Origin: an uncultured Lachnospiraceae bacterium
GTDB taxonomy: Bacteria > Bacillota > Clostridia > Lachnospirales > Lachnospiraceae
Direction: 5' to 3'
Assembly: GCA_902761225.1 (NCBI GenBank)
Contig: CACWJQ010000014.1
Location: 12,698-76,697 of the forward strand
Length of the DNA: 64,000 nt
Shown here: positions 43,284-54,763 of the stretch, one piece after another
Layout of the letters: each line of letters begins with the position of its first letter
How positions within the stretch are numbered: position 1 is the stretch's first letter
Position numbers and translations under genes: made by a program
Notes under the pieces: model-generated
Seen by the model: the letters and a program-made list of their open reading frames with translations, nothing else
The model's database searches: none
What the model was told of the DNA's origin: nothing

Positions 43284-43433
43284 ATCCCCGTTAACCCCCG
43301 TAAAAGATTTACAGTTAAATGTATTTTTAACCGGCTTTTTTCTTACATTACAGCCGTTTCTTTCATACAAAATTTAGTATATATATCCTCAAAACAATTG
43401 TCAATGCAAGGATGTAAGTGCTTTCATGATATT

Positions 43434-44063
43434 TCAGTAAAAAACCTTTTCCCCGGATGTCGCAGAGGCTCTTCCACCTGTCTGGTCCACCACCCTCTTC
43501 ATAAGCATCTCAGCCTTTTCCTCGGGGCCGAGCACGTTCAGGGTAACCTTCTCGGTATAGCCCGCATCCTTAAGTATGAACTCCTCCGCATCAAGCAGCC
43601 TCCTGATACCGCCCTCGTCCTGATAATCGCATACTATGCTCAGATACATGCCAGGCCTTATTGGTGACAGACTGCAGGAAGACAGTGCCTGTGCGGCGGC
43701 ATCGGTATACGCTCTTACAAGCCCTCCGGTTCCCAGCAGCACTCCTCCGAAATACCTTGTAACGACGCAGACGGCATTAACAAGGGATGCCCCCTCCAAA
43801 ACAGCCAGCATCGGTCTTCCCGCGGTGCCGGAGGGTTCTCCGTCATCAGAACACTTTTTGACCGGTCCGTTTTCGCCCATTATGATGTAAGCCCAGCAGT
43901 TATGCCTGGCATCATTATATTTTTTCCTGACGGAAAGTATGATCTCCTCTGCCTCCTCAGCGGTCCCGGCGGGGGCCAGCAATCCGATGAACTTCGACTT
44001 TGTGACAACGATCTCAGACGATCCGCTTTCTTTTATTATGTTGTATGTTGCAGGTGTATCCAA
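43434..44063 (-). CDS. yigZ: YigZ/IMPACT family protein
   Basis: KSKFIG, ARHNCWAY, SDDGEPSGTAG and RYFGGVLLGTGGLVRAY motifs. Confidence 0.93.
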   Translation of the reverse strand: MDTPATYNIIKESGSSEIVVTKSKFIGLLAPAGTAEEAEEIILSVRKKYNDARHNCWAYIIMGENGPVKKCSDDGEPSGTAGRPMLAVLEGASLVNAVCVVTRYFGGVLLGTGGLVRAYTDAAAQALSSCSLSPIRPGMYLSIVCDYQDEGGIRRLLDAEEFILKDAGYTEKVTLNVLGPEEKAEMLMKRVVDQTGGRASATSGEKVFY

Positions 44064-44270
44064 TCTTATTCCTTTTCAAAAACGCCCAGTGGCATGACAC
44101 GTACTTAAAACCTATGGGTCTATGATATAACACCACGGCCAATAGGTAAAACTTTTATAAAATTTTACACTGCAGATGGCGAAGGGGAAAATATATGTTA
44201 TAGTAATGAATATTAAAAAGAAGCAGTCTTTAGCTTCAGATAAATCAAGCATGAAGGAGGCGTTTGCAAT

Positions 44271-44591
44271 ATGGACGTTTTCGAAAAATTAGGTGAATCG
44301 GTATATATGGCCGGCATGCAGGTTAAGAACAAGGCCAAGGAAGTTGCGGATATCGCCAGCCTCAAAACACAGATATCAACCTGCGATGAAGTCATTCGCA
44401 AGAACTATATCGCCATCGGAAAAGCTTACTATGATAAGTATAAGGATTCCGAGGACGCGGAATTTGCCAAGCAGTGCACCGCAATAAGGAATGCCGAGTC
44501 AGGTAAGGAAAGACTTCTCAAAGAGATCGAGGACAGAAAGAACGGTCTCGATCCCGAAGCAGAGACAGATGCAGATCCCGAAGATGAATAA
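44271..44591 (+). CDS. Hypothetical helical protein
   Basis: RBS AAGGAGG, 106 aa; followed by a hairpin at 44637-44663 (AAACGGCGGAAGA...TCTTCCGCCGTTT). Confidence 0.75.
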   Translation: MDVFEKLGESVYMAGMQVKNKAKEVADIASLKTQISTCDEVIRKNYIAIGKAYYDKYKDSEDAEFAKQCTAIRNAESGKERLLKEIEDRKNGLDPEAETDADPEDE

Positions 44592-44688
44592 CCTGATACG
44601 GGCATACGCACACTTGTCAGATCAGACTCAAAAATAAACGGCGGAAGAAATCTTCCGCCGTTTTTCATTAACCTTTTATCACGTCAGA

Positions 44689-47427
44689 TCAGCCGTCCTG
44701 GGATGCCACATCTCCGTTCAGAGCAGCCATGGCAGCAGCTTCGTTGGCAAGCCGCACAGCTTCAAGCTCCGCCATCTGTGTGGCAAGTATCGCATCATAT
44801 CCCGGGGTTATGAGCATATCATCCGTATGCTGACAGTAGTGATCCATATCGGGAACGGTGATCAGCTGGGTACCGTCTTCATTATCGATGATGACTGTAT
44901 TGCCGGCCATAAGTGAAGGATCACCCATACACAGTTCAGGATTATATCCGTCTACCTTGGGAAGCAGTGTCACGCCCTCGTATGCAAACGGACAGTTGGC
45001 ACATGCGATCTTATTATCATATGCACAGAGACGTCCCGCATAATGAAGATCACAGAAATACTGAGGCTCCGTCCCTTCTTCAAACCATTCGGTTATCACG
45101 CATGCATCACACAGTCCCTCAATGGGAAGGAGTCCGGATTCGGCACATACGTCTACCTGTACAAGACCCTCGGGCTGATCGAACTGCTTGAACTCAAGAT
45201 CAGAATGAACCCTGCTCATTATCGCATGCCAGAGCATCTCTGAGGTATGCATCTCATCCCATGTCTGCTCGGTATTGTCATCATATCCGGTCCATACGCC
45301 CGCTGTGTAATAAGGTGTCATGCCGACGAACCAGTGGTCCCAGCCGGCGGATGTGGTACCTGTCTTACCTGCTATATCCATGTTGGCGAAGCGCACTCTC
45401 GTACCTGTACCGTAATTGACGCAGTCTCTCATTGCACTTATAAGAAGCCATGCTGTTGTGGGCTTGAATACCTGCCTGGACTTAGGGTTGGTATTATCCA
45501 GTATCACATTACCGTATGAATCCGTAACCTTCGTGTAAAGATGGGGCTTTATGAAGGATCCGCCGTTAGCGATACATGCATATGCTCCGGTAACATCCTC
45601 ATTGGTAACACCGTAGGTAAGTCCGCCGAGAGCAAGCGACTGCGTGACATCCGAGTAGATCTGTCCGTTTATCTCCTTGCCTGCTGTCAGGGTGGTAAAG
45701 CCCAGATTCTGAAGATATGTGAATCCGGTCTCAGGCGATATATATGTCAGGTTCTTGACCGCAACAATGTTCATGGAATATGCGATGCAATACCTGAGAG
45801 AAAGATTTCTGTAGCTGCAGGTCTTGGATGTGTTCTGAACCGGTGCTCCGCTGTTGTAATTGAAGGGGGCATCCAGATATGTGGTGGCAAGGTTGACCAT
45901 TCCCGTATCGATACCGGGGCCGACAGATGCAAGAACCTTGAATACCGAACCCGGAGAACGGCTCGATCCGGTGGCACGGTTAAGAGTTCTCCTGCCCTCC
46001 TTGTCTCCTCGTCCGCCTGCGATGGCAACGACCTCACCTGTTGCCTGGTTCTCAATGACCATGGACATCTGGGGCTGGATGGTGAAGGTTACCTTCTCGA
46101 CGAAATTATCATCGGTCTGAACAAGTCCGAGCTCCTCAAAGCATCCTGCCCTGTATTCTTCGATGGCAAGAAGTCCGCTCTCCTGTGAGCTGTACAGGAG
46201 CTTATACTTGCTGTATCCGTACTTATTCTTGAACCATGTCGCCATATTCTCCTTGGAGAAATTATGGGTATCACCCTTCTCGTCATAGATGGTGAGTGCA
46301 TAGTCAAGAGCCCATCTGTCGTTGAACTTGAAGTTATCGGGATTTGCGAACTCCTCGTCAACGATCTGCTGGATATAGGGATCCATTGTGGAATAGATCC
46401 TGAGACCGCCGCTGGTAAGCATATGCTCCGCCTGGGATCTGTCATAACCCGCCACATGGATCAAATCGTAGAGTACATCATCATAAAGTGAATCGGAAAA
46501 GTAGTTACCCTCCTGGGTATTGCTCTCCGCAATGGATGTATTGTGATACTGGATCCTGTCGTATACCGCTTCGGTATCGGCAATGGCCTCGTCATACTCT
46601 TCCTGTGAGATGAAGCCCAGCTCAAGCATCTTATTGAGACAGGTCCTGCGTCTCTTTACATTGTTCTCGGGATGAGAAATGGGATTGTACCAGGAAGGAT
46701 TCTGGGTGATGGCCGCAAGCACCGCACACTCGGAAAGATTAAGGTCAATGGCAGACTTTCCGAAGTATCTCTGGGATGCAGATTCAACGCCAAGGGTATT
46801 CTGTCCCATGTTGATGGCGTTCAGGTATCTGAGAAGCACCTCATCCTTGGTGGTGGATTTGGTAACCTCAATGGCAAGATACTGTTCCTGTATCTTACGC
46901 TTGAGCTTCTTGATCATGTTGTCGCCTTCTTCGGTCCACTCGGTGAAGACGGTGTTCTTGAGAAGCTGCTGGGTGATGGTGGATGCACCCTGGGTCTCTT
47001 CTCCGTGGGAACGGATGAACTCATATCCCGCACGGATCATACCTTTATAGTCAACGCCGTTGTGCTCGAAGAATCTCTCGTCCTCGCAGGCCACGAATGC
47101 AAGACCCAGCTGCTTGGGAATGCCGTCCCAGGTAACCTCTATACGGTTGGCATCGCGTCCCACGTAATGATCGAACTCATTGCCCATGGCATCATACACG
47201 ATGGTGGCCTGGCCGTTGGCGATGATATCCGATATGTGAATGACCGGTGTTCCGGCCAGGATAGAGTTGAACAGACCTATGCCGCCTGCGGCAAGGCACA
47301 CTCCAAGGCCGATGAATGCTGCAATGACAACCTTAATGACAAGAAGTATTATCTTCCTTACGATCTTGCCGCCGTATGAATTTAACTGACGTCTTCTTGC
47401 TATGACGCCGCTCTTACTGTAATTCAT
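44689..47427 (-). CDS. Class A penicillin-binding protein (PBP1A family)
   Basis: Transglycosylase EDERF, GASTITQQL and RKIQE; transpeptidase SVFK, SMN and KTGT. Confidence 0.93.
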   Translation of the reverse strand: MNYSKSGVIARRRQLNSYGGKIVRKIILLVIKVVIAAFIGLGVCLAAGGIGLFNSILAGTPVIHISDIIANGQATIVYDAMGNEFDHYVGRDANRIEVTWDGIPKQLGLAFVACEDERFFEHNGVDYKGMIRAGYEFIRSHGEETQGASTITQQLLKNTVFTEWTEEGDNMIKKLKRKIQEQYLAIEVTKSTTKDEVLLRYLNAINMGQNTLGVESASQRYFGKSAIDLNLSECAVLAAITQNPSWYNPISHPENNVKRRRTCLNKMLELGFISQEEYDEAIADTEAVYDRIQYHNTSIAESNTQEGNYFSDSLYDDVLYDLIHVAGYDRSQAEHMLTSGGLRIYSTMDPYIQQIVDEEFANPDNFKFNDRWALDYALTIYDEKGDTHNFSKENMATWFKNKYGYSKYKLLYSSQESGLLAIEEYRAGCFEELGLVQTDDNFVEKVTFTIQPQMSMVIENQATGEVVAIAGGRGDKEGRRTLNRATGSSRSPGSVFKVLASVGPGIDTGMVNLATTYLDAPFNYNSGAPVQNTSKTCSYRNLSLRYCIAYSMNIVAVKNLTYISPETGFTYLQNLGFTTLTAGKEINGQIYSDVTQSLALGGLTYGVTNEDVTGAYACIANGGSFIKPHLYTKVTDSYGNVILDNTNPKSRQVFKPTTAWLLISAMRDCVNYGTGTRVRFANMDIAGKTGTTSAGWDHWFVGMTPYYTAGVWTGYDDNTEQTWDEMHTSEMLWHAIMSRVHSDLEFKQFDQPEGLVQVDVCAESGLLPIEGLCDACVITEWFEEGTEPQYFCDLHYAGRLCAYDNKIACANCPFAYEGVTLLPKVDGYNPELCMGDPSLMAGNTVIIDNEDGTQLITVPDMDHYCQHTDDMLITPGYDAILATQMAELEAVRLANEAAAMAALNGDVASQDG

Positions 47428-47452
47428 CTTATTCTCCGATATCTTGCGGGGA

Positions 47453-47740
47453 TCACAGATAATCCACGGGATTCTTCTGGGAGATCATGCGGATCTCAGG
47501 ATCATCCTCCCCGAATATGTCATAAACTATATCTTCCGCTTCAGCCAGACTGTTCTCGTTCACGCAGAAAATGCAGTTGAACTTGTGACGGTCGAAAAGC
47601 TTTCTTCGCGGAAAACTGATGTAATATGAGATCCTTGCCTTCAGAAGTGCCTGTTCAAGCAGCACCTTGGCCTCCTCCGAATACACATTGCAAAGCTCAT
47701 ATTCATTGTTGATCTTAAGCGATGAATAAATTGTCTCCAT
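47453..47740 (-). CDS. Small hypothetical protein
   Basis: Start METIY follows GGAG; 95 aa. Confidence 0.6.
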   Translation of the reverse strand: METIYSSLKINNEYELCNVYSEEAKVLLEQALLKARISYYISFPRRKLFDRHKFNCIFCVNENSLAEAEDIVYDIFGEDDPEIRMISQKNPVDYL

Positions 47741-47823
47741 ATATGATTCTCCGTCCGCACAGGGCGGATCAGCTTCCTTCAAAACAACCGGTATGCCAAA
47801 TGATTATTATACACTAAAAACGA

Positions 47824-49575
47824 CTATTTTGAAAGCAGGCACACCCTGTCGCCATGAACCCCATCTTCCATCAGCACGGTGATGGAGGTAAATCCGTACA
47901 TGCTTCCAAGCTCCGACATTACCCTGTCCCTGTCAACTCCGATACCTTCTATCACGATAAGATCGTGCTCTGCGCCGATGCGCTCATCATATACGGAGAG
48001 CTCATCTTCCTTAAGGAGCAGACAATTACTGTAATTCATAAGCTCAGGAACATTTCTGTAAAAACCGGTCCCGTCATATACCACCAGGGCATCATGGGAT
48101 GCGTATCTTTCGGAAAGACTTATCTGTGAGGAATACCCGGTGAACAGATAATCCGGCTCCGATACAGCGGCAAGCACAATGCACATCACGCCGCACAGTA
48201 TCAGTGCAAAATTGTAGACGCCCTTTCTGAAACCTTCCGTTCTGATGAACCTGTCACCGATAAAGGCAAGTGTAAAAGCAATGCCTATGGAAAAGCACAT
48301 GCTCACAATGGGAAAAACAGGCATCATATACCTGTCCACCGTATAGGGTGATATCTTACTGACCACAAGCAGATATCCCAGAGCCGATGTGCAGAGCACC
48401 GGAGCATAGGCCTTCATCCTGCGGGTGCCGAGAGCGATAAGACATCCTGCCGCCATGATCATAAGGATCACACATACTGCCTGTCTGGACCATGCAGTCT
48501 CCTCAGCAAGTATCAGGGCAAAAGCCTTAAGCTTATCGGCATATCCTCCAAGTCCCGACAGACTGTCCCTTACAGAGTCCCCTATCCTTGTTCCGAAGAG
48601 ATCGTGATACACAAATGGATACAGGACAAGCCCCCATACAGCGGAGATCAGCATCACGCGGATAAGATTCCCCACAGTCCTCAGTTTTTTCTTTGATGAC
48701 AGGTATATCACAAGGGATACGATAAGGAAAAAGTAATAGATGCATACAAAGTACTGGGTCAGAAATCCCAGGACCGTCACCAGGATAAGAGTCTTATTCT
48801 TCTTCGTAAAGTCATCCTTATCCTCAAGCTTTTTAAATACGATGTAGGTAAAAGCAAGGCAGAAGAAAGCCGTCATGGCATACATTCTGATAAGGAGGAC
48901 AGTATCTATCCCCGCGGGCGAAAGTCCGTAGAACAAAGCACAGACCGGTCCCAGATATCTTCTGTGAACGATATCCCGGAAGAACAGATTGATGATCACA
49001 AGAGAGCCCGCCATAAAGATCATGTTAAGAATGCATCCGGGCCATACAGAAAGCGAGCCGAAGGAAATAAGGGAATAAACCGCAGAGATAACATTCAGCA
49101 GCATGAAGTAAAGGGGAGGATGATTGTCGGTGGTGGTGTTGTAATATGCGGAAAGTGCGATGACCGAATCCTTGCGGTAGAAAGTGACATATTCCGTCAT
49201 ATCCTCCGAAGTCATCCACTGGGGAGTATCGTATACATCAGCCGTATAATTCGCCGCGGTTGAGGCCGACCTTCTGGTGACCACATCCTTTACCTGGGAT
49301 CGTAGATTGGACAGTAAAGTCCCGAAACTGTCACTGTAGATCTCCGCACGATAATACTTCTCGAGCCTGCCCTCCGGCTGGGTCGGAGTGATCCATGGGG
49401 TGAACTCAGAATTGGAAAGCTCATAGCTGAGGATCTCATCCATGTGATAGCCTTCCTTACGGGATACGAAAAAGACATCAAAGGCAAGCACAATGATGAC
49501 AGAAAGCATGGCAAGTATAAAAAATTTACTGTCCTTTTCTTTCATGACCGGATCATTTACAGACATAGATGTCAT
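47824..49575 (-). CDS. GT-C-type integral membrane glycosyltransferase (PMT/ArnT-like)
   Basis: GYHMDE acidic motif after TM1, DNHPPLYF and IRMY; about 12 TM helices. Confidence 0.75.
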   Translation of the reverse strand: MTSMSVNDPVMKEKDSKFFILAMLSVIIVLAFDVFFVSRKEGYHMDEILSYELSNSEFTPWITPTQPEGRLEKYYRAEIYSDSFGTLLSNLRSQVKDVVTRRSASTAANYTADVYDTPQWMTSEDMTEYVTFYRKDSVIALSAYYNTTTDNHPPLYFMLLNVISAVYSLISFGSLSVWPGCILNMIFMAGSLVIINLFFRDIVHRRYLGPVCALFYGLSPAGIDTVLLIRMYAMTAFFCLAFTYIVFKKLEDKDDFTKKNKTLILVTVLGFLTQYFVCIYYFFLIVSLVIYLSSKKKLRTVGNLIRVMLISAVWGLVLYPFVYHDLFGTRIGDSVRDSLSGLGGYADKLKAFALILAEETAWSRQAVCVILMIMAAGCLIALGTRRMKAYAPVLCTSALGYLLVVSKISPYTVDRYMMPVFPIVSMCFSIGIAFTLAFIGDRFIRTEGFRKGVYNFALILCGVMCIVLAAVSEPDYLFTGYSSQISLSERYASHDALVVYDGTGFYRNVPELMNYSNCLLLKEDELSVYDERIGAEHDLIVIEGIGVDRDRVMSELGSMYGFTSITVLMEDGVHGDRVCLLSK

Positions 49576-51148
49576 ATCCTGCTACAGATGATTTAAATTC
49601 AGCGCCGGCAATGCTCCTCACATCAGTTCCCTCAGGAAGCGCAAGGAAATCCCCGTGCGATACCTCCTCACCATAGAAACGCTGTGGAGTGGACCACAGG
49701 AAAAATCCGTTAAGATCACCTCTCAGGGCTCCCACCTGAAGCTCCCCGTCCGAAAGCTCAACCAGGATATTGGAATCGTCATACAGTGTGTATCCGTGGG
49801 TAAGTCCGTTGTCCATCAGATATCCGGCAACTGCCCTGCGGGCTTCATTCTTATCGTTGGTTGCAAGGGAATATGATATCTTGAGCACGCTGAGTGCAAG
49901 GCAGAAGGCAAGAGCGGCCAGATAGACCTGCCTGAATGCCGTATCGCTTTCCCTTGTAAGCCATATGACAAGCATGGGAAGTGCCATATATATGCATGAG
50001 GAAAAATATCTCGGTGTAAGTGTGGTATCGGTAAATGCAAGGAAGAATGTCATTATTGCAAAGCCGCATATAAAAAAGTGGACAAAGAACAGATCCGACA
50101 TGTCGGACACAGTGAAATTGTCCAGCCCTCCAAGAGATCCCGTTCCCTGTGACACATCCCCGAAGATCCTCTTAAGCAGTACAAACATAAGGAAGATCAT
50201 GACAAAGGCCGCCACGGTGACCACTCCCCTTAAGGAAAGAACGCTTCCTCCCGGGATGTATCCGAAGATCTCAAGAAGGCATCCGATGACGGAAGCAATC
50301 CTCTCATACCATATACCGTTATTGATCGGTACGAAGGATACAGATTCATATGTGGTAAAAACATATGATGAGCGTATATAGACAGTGTTATATACATATC
50401 CGGCAAGAGCTGCAGCCGATGAACATGCAGCGATCACAAACAGCCTCATATTGGCACGCCATTTTTTCAGCGCTCCCTCAGAGATCCCGCATATCCTGTA
50501 CATTCTCCATATACCCGTAAGGATCAGCGGAGCATAGATCATAAGGAAATACCTGACACCGGACGCACCGCATATAATGCTAAGTACCCCAAGCATCACG
50601 CACCATGCACTCTTCATATTGCGGGAGTACTCTCCCACATCTATGCGTCTTACAAGCCCTATGCAGAGGAACATGAGTATCATGTGTGACATATAGGTAT
50701 TACCCAGCTGCATATGCTGGGCTATGGTCTCAGATATTGGAAGAAGGAGCACAGCCGAAGAAAGGGCCACATATTTTCTCTCATATCCGTACATCATGAA
50801 AAAATATGACAGCACAAGGAATGCATAGAAAAAGATATTGGTGATCACACGTACAGCCGCCCAGCTGCCCATCATCTTAAGAAGAGGCACGAACAGAAGC
50901 TGGGTATAGGCAATACGGAATTCTGTGGAATAATACCATTCGGGACTTGCGATATAATGCCCTGTATCCCCGAGAAGATCGGAAAAGACCATCTCCGCGG
51001 ACATATCGGAATCGATCCAGTTCTGTCCCCATACGATATTCAGTATGAGCAGCAGAACGAAGGAAGCCGCAAGCGGTATATAGTATTTTAAAGCAGATCT
51101 GTCATCAGCCGAAAAGCGGCTGTTACCGGTTTTCAAAATCGTATTCAT
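49553..51148 (-). CDS. Polytopic membrane protein, probable GT-C fold
   Basis: DSDMSAE acidic loop after TM1, WYYSTE and PRYF; many TM helices. Confidence 0.6.
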   Translation of the reverse strand: MNTILKTGNSRFSADDRSALKYYIPLAASFVLLLILNIVWGQNWIDSDMSAEMVFSDLLGDTGHYIASPEWYYSTEFRIAYTQLLFVPLLKMMGSWAAVRVITNIFFYAFLVLSYFFMMYGYERKYVALSSAVLLLPISETIAQHMQLGNTYMSHMILMFLCIGLVRRIDVGEYSRNMKSAWCVMLGVLSIICGASGVRYFLMIYAPLILTGIWRMYRICGISEGALKKWRANMRLFVIAACSSAAALAGYVYNTVYIRSSYVFTTYESVSFVPINNGIWYERIASVIGCLLEIFGYIPGGSVLSLRGVVTVAAFVMIFLMFVLLKRIFGDVSQGTGSLGGLDNFTVSDMSDLFFVHFFICGFAIMTFFLAFTDTTLTPRYFSSCIYMALPMLVIWLTRESDTAFRQVYLAALAFCLALSVLKISYSLATNDKNEARRAVAGYLMDNGLTHGYTLYDDSNILVELSDGELQVGALRGDLNGFFLWSTPQRFYGEEVSHGDFLALPEGTDVRSIAGAEFKSSVAGYDIYVCK

Positions 51149-52448
51149 ATTTTATTTTGTCGCTCACGCTTATCTCATCACCATTCTGAACTTCAATGAG
51201 TTCAAGTCTGGTCTTCGCTATGATCGTATGCTTTACGCCTGCAGGCAGCTTTATGACATCACCGTCGCTAACATCCATCTTCCTGCCGTCCACTACCACT
51301 GTACCCTCACCCTCGGTAATGGTCCACACCTCATCTCTTCTTTCGTGGGAATGGTAATACATGTGATGACCCGGAAGAAGCGTAACCTTTATGGTAAGAC
51401 TGGTTCTGGTCGAATCCAGGACCTTGAAGGATCCCCAGCTCTTCTCGGAGTACTTGATCTCACCTGCGATGGAATCCACTATAGGCTTAATATAACTTGA
51501 CTGATGCTTGTCGCTTACAAGTATCCCGTCGGGGCCGGCAGCGACCACGACATTTTTCAGTCCCATGCAGACGATGGGGATATCCAGATCGTTGATCGCC
51601 GAGGTATTCTCCGTATCCCCGCCGATCACCACATTTCCGAAGCTTGACTTCTCCATGGTCTCTGCAAGCGTATTCCAGGTTCCCACATCCTTCCACTGTC
51701 CGGAATGTCTGAGTACCCTGATATCATCCCCATTCTCAAGTACGGCATAGTCAAAGCTTATACTTTCAAGTTCCTCATATCTGTCATACAGATCATCATA
51801 TCCCTTATATCCTATGGCATCCCTTGCTATGTCCAGAACTGTCCGTGCCCTGAAAGCAAAAACTCCGGCATTCCACAGAGCTCCCTCTCTGATAAGTTCC
51901 GCAGCCTCTTCTTCCGAAGGCTTTTCCTTGAACCTGGTAACTCCGCTTATCTCTTCCCTGCTTTCCGGAATGATATACCCGTACTTGGCTGTGGGAAATG
52001 TAGGTTCTATACCAAGCAGGCATATGCCCCCATCCTTACTCCTGACCATCTGCTCAAGTGTTATGAAGGATCTGAAATACTCATCATCAACATAAGGATC
52101 CACAGGGCATATTATCACAGGCTCTTCGGGATCAACCCCTTTTTTGTCCACAAGGAAAGAAACCGCGAGGACGATGGCCGGGAATGTATCCCTTCTGCAG
52201 GGTTCAGGCGATATTCCCACACTGTCTCCGAGTTGATTGACAATGGAAGAAAGCTGGGCCTTTGATGCCGCAATGGTAACATCGGCACCGGGTGCCTGCG
52301 AGACGATCTGTCTGTAGACCCTCTGTACCATTGATTCCGTTTCACCGTCCGGAGACCTGAAAAAACGGATGAACTGTTTACTTCTCACTTCATTGGAAAG
52401 CGGCCAGAGCCTTCTGCCCGAGCCGCCGGAAAGCAATACGATATTCAT
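51123..52448 (-). CDS. manC: Mannose-1-phosphate guanylyltransferase with C-terminal cupin (PMI type II)
   Basis: LSGGSGRRLWPLS...SKQF, FKEKP, WNAG, SFDYAVLE and DVGTW; cupin motif HSHERRDEVW. Confidence 0.9.
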   Translation of the reverse strand: MNIVLLSGGSGRRLWPLSNEVRSKQFIRFFRSPDGETESMVQRVYRQIVSQAPGADVTIAASKAQLSSIVNQLGDSVGISPEPCRRDTFPAIVLAVSFLVDKKGVDPEEPVIICPVDPYVDDEYFRSFITLEQMVRSKDGGICLLGIEPTFPTAKYGYIIPESREEISGVTRFKEKPSEEEAAELIREGALWNAGVFAFRARTVLDIARDAIGYKGYDDLYDRYEELESISFDYAVLENGDDIRVLRHSGQWKDVGTWNTLAETMEKSSFGNVVIGGDTENTSAINDLDIPIVCMGLKNVVVAAGPDGILVSDKHQSSYIKPIVDSIAGEIKYSEKSWGSFKVLDSTRTSLTIKVTLLPGHHMYYHSHERRDEVWTITEGEGTVVVDGRKMDVSDGDVIKLPAGVKHTIIAKTRLELIEVQNGDEISVSDKIKYEYDFENR

Positions 52449-53488
52449 TATTTCATTTCCGCTTCTGATGAAACCTTGGCCATATCAGCTTCCATCATCA
52501 TCTTAACGAGTTCTTCGAAGGATGTTTCCGAAGGATCCCATCCCAGTTCTTCTCTTGCTTTTGAAGGATCACCGAGAAGATTGACCACATCGGTAGGTCT
52601 GAAGAAATCGGGGCTCACCTCAATAAGCACCTTTCCCGTAGCCTTGTCGATACCCTTCTCATCTATTCCCTCACCGGTAAATTCAAGCTCGATGCCGGCG
52701 TAACGGAATGCCAGAGTGCAGAACTCTCTTACCGAATGCTGCAGACCGGTTGCAATGACATAATCATCGGGAGTATCCTTCTGAAGCATCAGATACATAC
52801 ACTTTACATAGTCACCCGCATATCCCCAGTCACGAAGTGATGAGAGATTCCCGAGATAGAGCCTGTCCTGAAGTCCTGCCTTTATCCTTGCAGCTGCCAG
52901 GGTGATCTTACGGGTAACAAAATTCTCACCACGTCTTGGTGATTCATGATTGAACAGGATCCCGGAGCATGCAAACATTCCGTATGCCTCGCGGTATTCC
53001 TTGACGATCCAGTACCCGTACTGTTTTGCGACAGCATATGGAGAATAGGGATGAAAAGGTGTCTTCTCACTCTGGGGAACTTCCTCCACCTTTCCGTACA
53101 GCTCCGAGGTGGAGGCCTGATAGATACGGCAGGTCTTCTCAAGTCCTGTTATCCTCACTGCCTCAAGTACCCTGAGAACTCCGGTGGCATCAACATCCGC
53201 TGTGAACTCGGGGACGTCAAATGATACCTGAACATGGCTCTGAGCCGCAAGATTGTATATCTCATCAGGTCTCACCTCACCTATTATCTTGACCAGGCTT
53301 AGAGAATCGGTAAGATCACCGTAATGCAGGCGAAAATCCGGTCTCCCCTCAAGATGGGCAATACGTTCTCTGTATTCGGTGGAGGATCTGCGGATAATTC
53401 CGTGGACCTCATAGCCCTTCTCAAGAAGAAACTCTGAAAGATAGCTTCCATCCTGTCCGGTGATACCTGTGATAAGTGCTTTTTTCAT
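52448..53488 (-). CDS. gmd: GDP-mannose 4,6-dehydratase
   Basis: [38 protein letters not shown] and FVTRKIT motifs. Confidence 0.97.
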   Translation of the reverse strand: MKKALITGITGQDGSYLSEFLLEKGYEVHGIIRRSSTEYRERIAHLEGRPDFRLHYGDLTDSLSLVKIIGEVRPDEIYNLAAQSHVQVSFDVPEFTADVDATGVLRVLEAVRITGLEKTCRIYQASTSELYGKVEEVPQSEKTPFHPYSPYAVAKQYGYWIVKEYREAYGMFACSGILFNHESPRRGENFVTRKITLAAARIKAGLQDRLYLGNLSSLRDWGYAGDYVKCMYLMLQKDTPDDYVIATGLQHSVREFCTLAFRYAGIELEFTGEGIDEKGIDKATGKVLIEVSPDFFRPTDVVNLLGDPSKAREELGWDPSETSFEELVKMMMEADMAKVSSEAEMK

Positions 53489-53537
53489 AACTTTTCGTCC
53501 TATATACAAGGCATTTGATATGCCTTATATCCCGTGA

Positions 53538-54734
53538 TCATTTTCTGTAATATTCCGCAAGCTTTCTTACGGCGTGTATGGTATCTTCCACATCCTTATC
53601 ACTCATCCTGGGATAAAGCGGGATACTCATGATACCCTTGTAGACCTCCTCGGCATTGGGACACATACCCTTTTCATATCCCAGATGTCTGTAGTAAGGG
53701 AACCAGTATACCGGCACGTAATGAACCTGGCACTGTACATTCTCGGCGCTCATTGCATCGAAGAATTCCCTCCTGGTACATTTAAGCTTATCAAGATCAA
53801 GTCTTATGATATACAGATGTCTGGATGTATCCGAGTTCGGTATCTCCTTCTGGACAATGATGCCCTCCACATCCGCAAAGGCCTCGTCATATCTCTTTAC
53901 TATCTCCTTGCGTCTTGCGATAAAATCATCGATCCTGTCCATCTGGCTCATAAGGAGCGCAGCCTGGAAATCCGTCATCCTGTAATTGTATCCGAGGGAT
54001 ATCTGCTCGTAATACCAGACGCCCTCATGAGGTGCATCTTCCATCTGCTCCTCATCATGGGTGATACCGTGGGCGTGGGCAAGAACAAGCTTATTATAAA
54101 GCTCATCGCTGTTTGTCAGTATCGCGCCGCCTTCACCTGCCGTAACAGTCTTGACGGGATGGAATGAAAAGCAGGTCATATCGGCAAGATTGCCCACCTT
54201 CACTCCGTTGTATGCAGAGCCTATGGAATGAGCCGCATCCTCGATAAAGATAAGTCCGAACTCATCGCATATCTCACTGATCTCCTTCACCCTGACTACC
54301 TGTCCGGTAAAATCAACCGCTATGACAGCCTTGGTCCTGGGAGTGATATGAGCTCTTATACTGTCCGGATCGATATTGTATGTCTCAGGATCGATATCCG
54401 CGAAAACAGGAGTTCCCCCACAATAGAGAACACAGTTTGCGGAGGCTGCAAAGGTAATGGGAGTTGTGATCACCTCGTCCCCTTCACCGATGCCCGCTGC
54501 TATGCATGCACAGTGAAGCGCGCTTGTTCCGCTGTTTACCACAACTGCATGCTTCGCGCCGGTATAGCTTTCAAGTCTTCTCTCAGCCTCGCTTACCTTG
54601 GGACCGCATGTGATATACGGACCCTCCAGTACCTTTCTGACTGCTTCTATATCATCTTCATTGACCCACTGTCTCCCGTAGAAGATCTTGTCCTCCCTGA
54701 CAGGGGTTCCACCCAGTATTGCGGGTAATTCCAT
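53538..54734 (-). CDS. DegT/PseC-family PLP-dependent sugar-nucleotide aminotransferase
   Basis: NSGTSALH, TFAASAN, IEDAAHS, FSFHPVKTVTAGEGG and GYNYRM motifs. Start MELPA follows GGAGG. Confidence 0.9.
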   Translation of the reverse strand: MELPAILGGTPVREDKIFYGRQWVNEDDIEAVRKVLEGPYITCGPKVSEAERRLESYTGAKHAVVVNSGTSALHCACIAAGIGEGDEVITTPITFAASANCVLYCGGTPVFADIDPETYNIDPDSIRAHITPRTKAVIAVDFTGQVVRVKEISEICDEFGLIFIEDAAHSIGSAYNGVKVGNLADMTCFSFHPVKTVTAGEGGAILTNSDELYNKLVLAHAHGITHDEEQMEDAPHEGVWYYEQISLGYNYRMTDFQAALLMSQMDRIDDFIARRKEIVKRYDEAFADVEGIIVQKEIPNSDTSRHLYIIRLDLDKLKCTRREFFDAMSAENVQCQVHYVPVYWFPYYRHLGYEKGMCPNAEEVYKGIMSIPLYPRMSDKDVEDTIHAVRKLAEYYRK

Positions 54735-54763
54735 TGGATATTCCTCCTGAAAAACAGTATTGC